The notes under the pieces are model-generated. The model was not told the DNA's origin and searched no databases. It worked only from the letters and a program-made list of their open reading frames with translations. Of a stretch of 40,161 nucleotides of DNA, positions 9,607 through 15,270 are shown piece by piece. Source of the stretch: an uncultured Eubacteriales bacterium. Lineage in GTDB: Bacteria; Bacillota_I; Bacilli_A; RF39; UBA660. Location: positions 1 through 40,161 of the forward strand of contig ONXO01000035.1 of the NCBI GenBank assembly GCA_900321795.1, in the 5' to 3' direction. How positions within the stretch are numbered: position 1 is the first letter of the stretch; each line of letters opens with the position of its first letter. A program made the position numbers and the translations under genes.

Positions 9607-9809
9607 AAACCCTTATATTTACTGGGCTCACGAGCATTATTTACCATGACATTTCTTATATTTCTTACCACTGCCACATGGATGCGATATTTCAAGCTTC
9701 TGAGACTATAAAACTCTTTAAAACCCTTATAAAACCTCACAAATTGGCTTTTGAGAGCTTTTGAGAGCGTCCAAGAACTCTACCAAAGCGTATGTAAAAA
9801 CGTATGTAG
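9601..9809 (-). repeat. Cassette-boundary module, copy A (divergent, outer)
   Basis: Parts in coordinate order: an interrupted hairpin (9601-9634); the SEC-C tail PCGSGKKYKKCHGK-stop (9637-9681); the core CCACTGCCACATGG (9668-9681); a unique arm with the tandem CTTTTGAGAG x2; then CGTATGTAAAAACGTATGTAG (9789-9809). Confidence 0.85.
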
Positions 9810-9825
9810 AATTTAATTTTTAATA

Positions 9826-10308
9826 CTATAAGTTTAATAGTTCTTTTTTCTTTTGATCAAATTCTTCTTGGCTAATTGCACCCATGTCAAGTAATTCTTT
9901 TAACTCTTTAACTTGCTCGATTGGAGTCTTAACATTTTGAGCAATCGTATTTCCACTATTTTGGTTGGCATTAAATTCTTCAATATAATTTTTAATTTCC
10001 TCAGCATTAGCATTAGCATTTTTTGGATCAAGATTAAATGTAACTGTATTCTCATCTTTTAACGCATCTCTTAAACCATTTTTGCTTTCTCTACTACCAG
10101 ATAATACAAATTGAATATATCCAGCAGTCATACCGCATTTTTTCAATTGCACAGCTGATATTTGATTCAATAAAATAGTTTTTTCACCTTTCAATCCAAA
10201 ATTCATAAAAGATCTAACACCTTTTCTAATAATTGATAGTTTGTTACCATCAATTATTACTATTGTATTTCCTGTACCTAAATTTTTAAATAAATATTCT
10301 TTTTTCAT
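9826..10308 (-). CDS. bPH (YokE/DUF4429-like) domain protein with a C-terminal SHOCT domain
   Basis: 160 aa. The C-terminus VKELKELLDMGAISQEEFDQKKKELL is a typical SHOCT motif. The N-terminal ~100 aa look like a bacterial PH-like domain. Confidence 0.7.
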   Translation of the reverse strand: MKKEYLFKNLGTGNTIVIIDGNKLSIIRKGVRSFMNFGLKGEKTILLNQISAVQLKKCGMTAGYIQFVLSGSRESKNGLRDALKDENTVTFNLDPKNANANAEEIKNYIEEFNANQNSGNTIAQNVKTPIEQVKELKELLDMGAISQEEFDQKKKELLNL

Positions 10309-10368
10309 AACATCAACTCCTATATTAATTATACCATATTTTTCCTATTTTTCATATGCCAACAATAA

Positions 10369-10941
10369 TTACATGAATTCATGTATTATCTCATCAAATT
10401 CACGTATATCATTTCTGATTTTTTCAAGATTATACTCTTTATCACGTTTAAAATATAAATCATTATTTTTATCAATTGGATACCTAAAGCGATATGAATC
10501 ATTATCAATTAAAATAAATTTTTTTACAATCCCATCTAAAGTTTCTACAAAATAATATGAATCTTCACCATAGTAATCCGACTCCTCTTCCATTAATTTT
10601 TGCTTAAGCCCAGGCCAAATTTCACTAAGTCTATGATTACTAAGTAAATTAACTTTCATATCATAGTATTTTTTATTATTAATGTCAAAATATACGTACA
10701 TAGCTTTTATTATTAACTCTAAATAATGGCGGAATAAAAACATGACCGGATATATGTTATACTCTTCCTCAAGTTTTATGCTTTCTATTCTAAATCCTTC
10801 CATCAAAGATGACAACTGCGAATATCTGTTATCATCTAGCAATACATCAGCCAAAATCATGCCCGAATTATAATATCCTGCAGCATAAGTAAAAAGTATT
10901 TCTTTATTACCATTATGTGAAATGTGAATCATTTTTGTCAT
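10369..10941 (-). CDS. Hypothetical 190-aa helical protein (cassette gene, no confident family)
   Basis: Clean ORF with a GGTGG Shine-Dalgarno. Conserved-looking patches are FRHYLELIIKA, SNHRLSEIW and SYRFRYP. Confidence 0.6.
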   Translation of the reverse strand: MTKMIHISHNGNKEILFTYAAGYYNSGMILADVLLDDNRYSQLSSLMEGFRIESIKLEEEYNIYPVMFLFRHYLELIIKAMYVYFDINNKKYYDMKVNLLSNHRLSEIWPGLKQKLMEEESDYYGEDSYYFVETLDGIVKKFILIDNDSYRFRYPIDKNNDLYFKRDKEYNLEKIRNDIREFDEIIHEFM

Positions 10942-11062
10942 AAAACCACCTATTAATATTATATCATAAACTTTTATAGTCCTTGTCTTGTACTGTAGGG
11001 ACAGTGATCATTTTCTTCGTAAAACCTTATAAATAAAGGCTTTATTAGGCTCTAAATAATGG

Positions 11063-11347
11063 CTACATACGTTTTACATACGTATATAAAACGTATGTAG
11101 AGGCACCTTTTGAAGAAATATTACAACTTTTTAGAAAAAGAAAAAGCCCGGAAATTCTTATATTTCCGGGCTTTGTGAACTATTTACCACAACACTGTTT
11201 ATATTTTTTACCACTGCCACATGGTGTAGAAACTGCAATTTTTCTGCAATTTTTACAAAATTTTTGTTGAAATTACAAAGAACTTGTAAAATCTACAACT
11301 TATTTTTGCTTCGGATGCATTACAAAACGTATGCAAAAACGTATCTA
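11063..11347 (-). repeat. Cassette-boundary module, copy B (full length, inner)
   Basis: Parts in coordinate order: the inverted pair CTACATACGTTTT...AAAACGTATGTAG (11063-11100); ATTACAAC; the terminator; the SEC-C remnant FQQKFCKNCRKIAVSTPCGSGKKYKQCCGK-stop (11180-11272, no start codon); the core at 11211-11224; phased TGCAA/TACAA boxes; then ACGTATGCAAAAACGTATCTA (11327-11347). Confidence 0.9.
11133..11171 (-). terminator. Strong intrinsic terminator inside module B
   Basis: Perfect 10-bp stem GCCCGGAAAT/ATTTCCGGGC (11146-11155 and 11162-11171), followed on the minus strand by TTTTTCTTTTTCT. Confidence 0.8.
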
Positions 11348-11385
11348 ATTTTCAAAATTTAAAATTTTTAAATTTTTTTTGTATA

Positions 11386-12477
11386 TTAGCAACAAGTTTC
11401 AAATGTAGCAGATGTTTCACCAGACGTTGTTTTTCCGTTTGCATCAGTTATTGTATAGGTTGCCGTATAATTTCCAGCAACAAAATTTAAAAATAAAGTA
11501 GTTGCATATACGTTCTTTTCTAATGGAGATCCTGTTCTTGCCACAACATTACCATCTCTATATAAAGTATATTCAACTTTATAAGGCTTACTACCACCAG
11601 AATGTTGTATTGATAAAACTACTTGTTCAGTACAATTACTTCCTTTGCAAGAACGTTGAGTAGTTATTCTAGCACTAGCAGTTAATGGCTCGCCGGATTC
11701 AATAGGTTTCTTTTTTAATTCATATGTTTTAGTACCTGTTTTAGTAGTTCCACTTGAATCCTTAACTTCATAATTTAATGTATAAGTACCATCATATAAT
11801 GAACTACCAGAAAACGCTACAGAATTTGTATGCACTTCTTTGCTTACTCCAGCAGGCTCACTTAATCTTAATGTATAAGTATAATTTCCAGTACCACCGG
11901 AAACAGAAACACTTCCAGTAATAGAATAAATACAACTAGAATTGATACACGAAGAATTTTCTGTAATTTGTGGCGTAACAACAAGTTCTGATATTGTAGT
12001 ATTTGTATTTGATCCTGTATTTGTGTTTGATTCAGTATTTGTATTTGATCCTGTATTTGTGTTTGATCCTGTATTTGTGTTTGATCCTGTATTTGTGTTT
12101 GATCCTGTATTTGTGTTTGATTCAGTATTTGTGTTTGACTCAGTATTTGTATTTAATCCTGTATTTGGGTTTAATCCTGTATTAGATTCATTATCTTTAT
12201 TTTGTGCATTTGAATTATCATCAGTATTATCTTTCACATCATTTTTAACATCATCATCTTTTTTTGTATCTAAATCGGTAGATGTTTCTTCTTTTGTCTT
12301 TGTATCATCATTTTTAATATTTGTATCTATTTGTGTATTTGAATTCTTTTGTTTAGGCGTACCACCATTTGGTTTATTAAGCATTAATACTCCAACAATA
12401 GTAGCGACAGTAATAGTTAACATAACTGGTATAATAATCTTAACATTGCTTAAAAACCATTTTATTATTTTATTCAT
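11386..12477 (-). CDS. Membrane-anchored surface protein: N-terminal TM, N/T/S/G hexapeptide repeat tract, two SprB/HYR-like Ig-fold repeats
   Basis: 363 aa with about 10 NTNTGS/NTNTES units. Two ~95-aa repeats carry the motifs SGGTGNYTYTL / SGGSKPYKVEYTL and GTYTLNYEVKD / GNYTATYTITD. The protein ends in CC. Confidence 0.7.
   Translation of the reverse strand: MNKIIKWFLSNVKIIIPVMLTITVATIVGVLMLNKPNGGTPKQKNSNTQIDTNIKNDDTKTKEETSTDLDTKKDDDVKNDVKDNTDDNSNAQNKDNESNTGLNPNTGLNTNTESNTNTESNTNTGSNTNTGSNTNTGSNTNTGSNTNTESNTNTGSNTNTTISELVVTPQITENSSCINSSCIYSITGSVSVSGGTGNYTYTLRLSEPAGVSKEVHTNSVAFSGSSLYDGTYTLNYEVKDSSGTTKTGTKTYELKKKPIESGEPLTASARITTQRSCKGSNCTEQVVLSIQHSGGSKPYKVEYTLYRDGNVVARTGSPLEKNVYATTLFLNFVAGNYTATYTITDANGKTTSGETSATFETCC
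11999..12178. repeat. Ten tandem 18-bp units (GTATTTGTGTTTGATCCT and variants) inside the 363-aa CDS
   Basis: Read directly: the units start at 11999 and recur every 18 bp (12017, 12035 and so on) up to 12161. The variants are GATTCA, GACTCA and AATCCT. They are in frame (6 aa per unit). Confidence 0.95.
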
Positions 12478-12570
12478 ATTTTCACTCCTTTTATTTCTTA
12501 CATATAATTATAACATAATTTAATAATTTATTATAAATACATTTTATATTAATCATTATTTTTCAAAAAT

Positions 12571-12833
12571 AAAAACGTATGTAGAGGGCACTTTTTGAAG
12601 AAAAATTACAACTTTTTAGAAAAAGAAAAAGCCTCGCAATCCCTTTATTTATGGGACTTTACGAGACTATTTGCCATGACAGTTTTTATACTTCAATCCA
12701 CTGCCACATGGTGTAAAATCTACAATTTTACTACAATATTTACAATTTTTTTGTTGAAATTACAAATATCTTATAAATATTACAACTTATTATTTCTTTA
12801 GAATTACAACTAAACGTATGTAAAAACGTATTT
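12571..12833 (-). repeat. Cassette-boundary module, copy C (full length, inner)
   Basis: Parts in coordinate order: ACGTATGTAG (12575-12584); ATTACAAC; an imperfect hairpin plus T-run (about 12620-12666); the SEC-C remnant FQQKNCKYCSKIVDFTPCGSGLKYKNCHGK-stop (12667-12759, no start codon); the core at 12698-12711; six phased TACAA boxes; then ACGTATGTAAAAACGTATTT (12814-12833). Confidence 0.9.
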
Positions 12834-12844
12834 ATTAAAATCTT

Positions 12845-13459
12845 TTATTTAATATCAAATTCTGCATAAATAGTATATGCTTGTGAATCTGGACTCTTTG
12901 ATTTTCTTAAGTCACTTTTAACTAATCTGTATGTTCCACTTTTTAATTCGCCATATCCTAAAGACCAATCAACAATAAACTCTTTCTCTTCATGTGCTTT
13001 CAAAGAATAAACTATTGAATTCCATGTTAATGGTTCTCCTGTCAATGTATCGATTTCTTTCTATGCTTGATTTTCAAACTTTTCAATAGTATATGTTGGA
13101 CCATAAGCATATTCTTCATCTGTAGTGTTTTTTATTATAAATGACGCTCCTTTTGTTGTTCTTGTATCTTCTTTAATTTCTATTAAAACACTACCAACAT
13201 TTTTTTGCGCTGGACTTTCATCATGTTTTAATCTTTCATCAGCATTTATATTTCCACCAACTCTAATTCCTAAAATTTTAAGTTCCCATCCATCTTCATA
13301 ACCTGTAAATGAAATTTCAGTTGGTGTATGAACTATAGTATACTTATACAAAATAGCTTTATATTCTGTAACACCATTTTTCCAATGAGTAGGTATTGGT
13401 ATTAACATTAAAACAAAAATCACAATTGCAACAATAATTAATATTTTTTTCTTTTTCAT
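12845..13459 (-). pseudogene. Secreted or membrane-anchored Ig-like beta-sandwich protein interrupted by one in-frame TAG
   Basis: The 132-aa and 66-aa ORFs share one frame (13459-13045 = 414 nt) and are split only by TAG at 13061-13063 (...FENQA-stop-KEIDTLTGEPLTW...). Joined, they would give about 204 aa. Confidence 0.65.
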
Positions 13460-13495
13460 ACAAGCACCTCTATAATCATTATATCATATATGTGA

Positions 13496-14971
13496 TTATT
13501 CAAACAAGTCGAAGCCTCTCTTTGTAACTTTAAATACTTCACCTTTATAATTTGTACCTCTAATATAATCATTATTAACTAATAATTCCATAGAATACTC
13601 CATATTTGCTTCCTCTTTGGCATTAGCTGGTGTAAAAGTTTTAGTACCACATTGGATAGTTAGTCCTATTATTGTTTTTGATTTAATAATTATTCCATCA
13701 CCATTTACTGCATTTTGTAGCATATATAAAGCGAGTTCATTCAATCCATTTTCCATAATTGTATTATTATATTTTATAATACTTTTATTTTTTGATTCAT
13801 CAATATTAGCCATTTCTTTCACATCTTCAATTATTTCTGAAACGTTATCATATCTATTACTATGATTTCTATCGACACATTTTTTAACAATATTTGAAAT
13901 TGCATTATTAGTTAATTGTAAGCTTTGTTTCCCAGTAAAAATATAAAACAAAATAATACCTATAACATATATTTCATTTTTAATATTATAATTTTTAAAA
14001 TCAACTAATGTATCGTCAATTATTGTTCCTTTTATTTCAGAACCAGTTGATGTTAGATCAGAATTTTTTTCTTTAATTAGGCCAAAATCAGAAACCTTAA
14101 TAGAAATTAAATCATCATCGTATTGCTTGATTAAAATATTATTGAAACTTATATCTCTATGCAATATCTCTTTAGAATGTAAATATTGAATTGCTTTTAA
14201 GAATTGTAATGCAATACTTTTTCTTTTATTAAAATTTAATTTTTCTTTATTTCCATTATATAATTCATAATACTTTTTAAGTGTAAAATCACAATATTCC
14301 ATAACATATGCATCATCATCTTCTAAATATTTATATGCTTTTAGAAGATATGGATTATTTAACTTATTTAAAAAATCAAATTCCTTTTTAAATCTTCCAA
14401 GCTCTTTATCGGTAAATTCCTTCTTTAATTTCTTATATGCATAAAATTCGTTATAAAACTCATCTTTATACCTATAAACATCCGCATATGCACCGCTACC
14501 AATTATTTTAGTTTTAAAATTTGTTTTATATGTATTTGAATTTACCGTTATTTCATTATTCATATTGAAAATTGTATCATATTTTATTAGATTAAATCTT
14601 TTATAATCATTTGGAATTGTACTACCACCAGATGATGATAAAAAACTATCACAATATTTTAAAAACGCTTCATAATCTGTATTAACCGAAAAAGCCAAAT
14701 TGGTATTCTTTAACATTAGTTTTAATTCGTTAATTGTTTCAATTAAAAAAATAAGGCTTCTGCTTTCATCAGCATTAAAATGATGATTAGTTTTACTCTT
14801 ATCATTCATAAAGCCAATTAAACTATTTAAATTTTGATGTAAAAATGAAAAAATATTTTTAACTCTTTTATCATAGTTATTATATAAATCTAAATATAAT
14901 TTTGAAAAGTTAAAATTTGCAAGTTCATCGCTTAATATATTATTTAGTGCTAAATCGATATTTTCTACCAT
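13496..14971 (-). CDS. Hanks-type Ser/Thr protein kinase domain flanked by unknown N-terminal (~150 aa) and C-terminal (~100 aa) domains
   Basis: Catalytic motifs present: GSGAYADV (G-loop), AYKKL (Lys), HRDISFNN and DFG. The likely start is ATG at 14971 (GGTGG upstream). No TM segment or signal peptide. Confidence 0.8.
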   Translation of the reverse strand: MVENIDLALNNILSDELANFNFSKLYLDLYNNYDKRVKNIFSFLHQNLNSLIGFMNDKSKTNHHFNADESRSLIFLIETINELKLMLKNTNLAFSVNTDYEAFLKYCDSFLSSSGGSTIPNDYKRFNLIKYDTIFNMNNEITVNSNTYKTNFKTKIIGSGAYADVYRYKDEFYNEFYAYKKLKKEFTDKELGRFKKEFDFLNKLNNPYLLKAYKYLEDDDAYVMEYCDFTLKKYYELYNGNKEKLNFNKRKSIALQFLKAIQYLHSKEILHRDISFNNILIKQYDDDLISIKVSDFGLIKEKNSDLTSTGSEIKGTIIDDTLVDFKNYNIKNEIYVIGIILFYIFTGKQSLQLTNNAISNIVKKCVDRNHSNRYDNVSEIIEDVKEMANIDESKNKSIIKYNNTIMENGLNELALYMLQNAVNGDGIIIKSKTIIGLTIQCGTKTFTPANAKEEANMEYSMELLVNNDYIRGTNYKGEVFKVTKRGFDLFE

Positions 14972-15040
14972 GTAACCACCCAATTAATATTATATCATAA
15001 TAAACCTAAATAACCTTGAATTTGCCTCAAATCCACATAA

Positions 15041-15191
15041 AAAAACGTATGTAAAACGTATGTAGAGGCACTTTTTTGAAAAAAATTACAACTTTTTAGG
15101 AAAAGAAAAAGCCTCGCAATCCCTTTATTTACGGGGCTTTACGAGACTATTTACCATGACAGTTTTTATACTTCAATCCGCTGCCACATGG
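15041..15191 (-). repeat. Cassette-boundary module, copy D (outer, truncated exactly at the core)
   Basis: Parts in coordinate order: ACGTATGTAAAACGTATGTAG (15045-15065); ATTACAAC; hairpin plus T-run; the SEC-C tail PCGSGLKYKNCHGK-stop (15147-15191); and the core CCGCTGCCACATGG (15178-15191). It is about 94% identical to copy C up to the core and unrelated beyond it. Confidence 0.9.
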
Positions 15192-15270
15192 GTACAAAGC
15201 ACGATTTAAAATCATAGAATTGATAGTTTTTAATTATATTGCTAAGGCTACTATCTATTTTCACATTAAC

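Noticed and set aside
10369-10941. Calling the 190-aa protein a HEPN RNase
   Set aside because: The only R-x6-H spacing is at the extreme C-terminus (REFDEIIH), and the FRHYLEL patch lacks the downstream His. The resemblance is impressionistic, so the protein is kept as unknown.
11180-11272. SEC-C/zinc-knuckle remnants as real small protein genes. This also covers 12667-12759, 9637-9681 and the 22-codon ATG ORF at 15147-15212.
   Set aside because: The ~30-codon frames in B and C are preceded by TAA and contain no ATG, GTG or TTG. The only ATG-initiated version (copy D, MILNRALYPCGSGLKYKNCHGK) has no Shine-Dalgarno sequence and is not conserved in the other copies. A small CxxC...C..C peptide cannot be fully excluded without ribosome profiling.
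11999-12178. CRISPR array
   Set aside because: The 18-bp units are directly abutting with no spacers. They are in frame inside a CDS and encode a hexapeptide repeat.
11063-12833. The module as a MITE or IS remnant, or as a Xer/dif-type site
   Set aside because: The ends of the module are direct, not inverted. No target-site duplication is visible. The ACGTATGTA pairs do not fit the 11-6-11 dif architecture, and no transposase fragment lies within the module.
13061-13063. The in-frame TAG as a pyrrolysine codon or programmed readthrough
   Set aside because: There are no pyl genes and no PYLIS-like context in the window. The gene sits among other decaying cassette genes, so a nonsense mutation is the simpler explanation.
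9601-15191. Classical integron (attC sites) or CALIN
   Set aside because: I could not find the R''/L''...L'/R' imperfect-palindrome organisation or a GTTRRRY core. The modules are longer (150-290 bp), the cassettes have their own promoters, and no intI is present. The array is integron-like only in concept.
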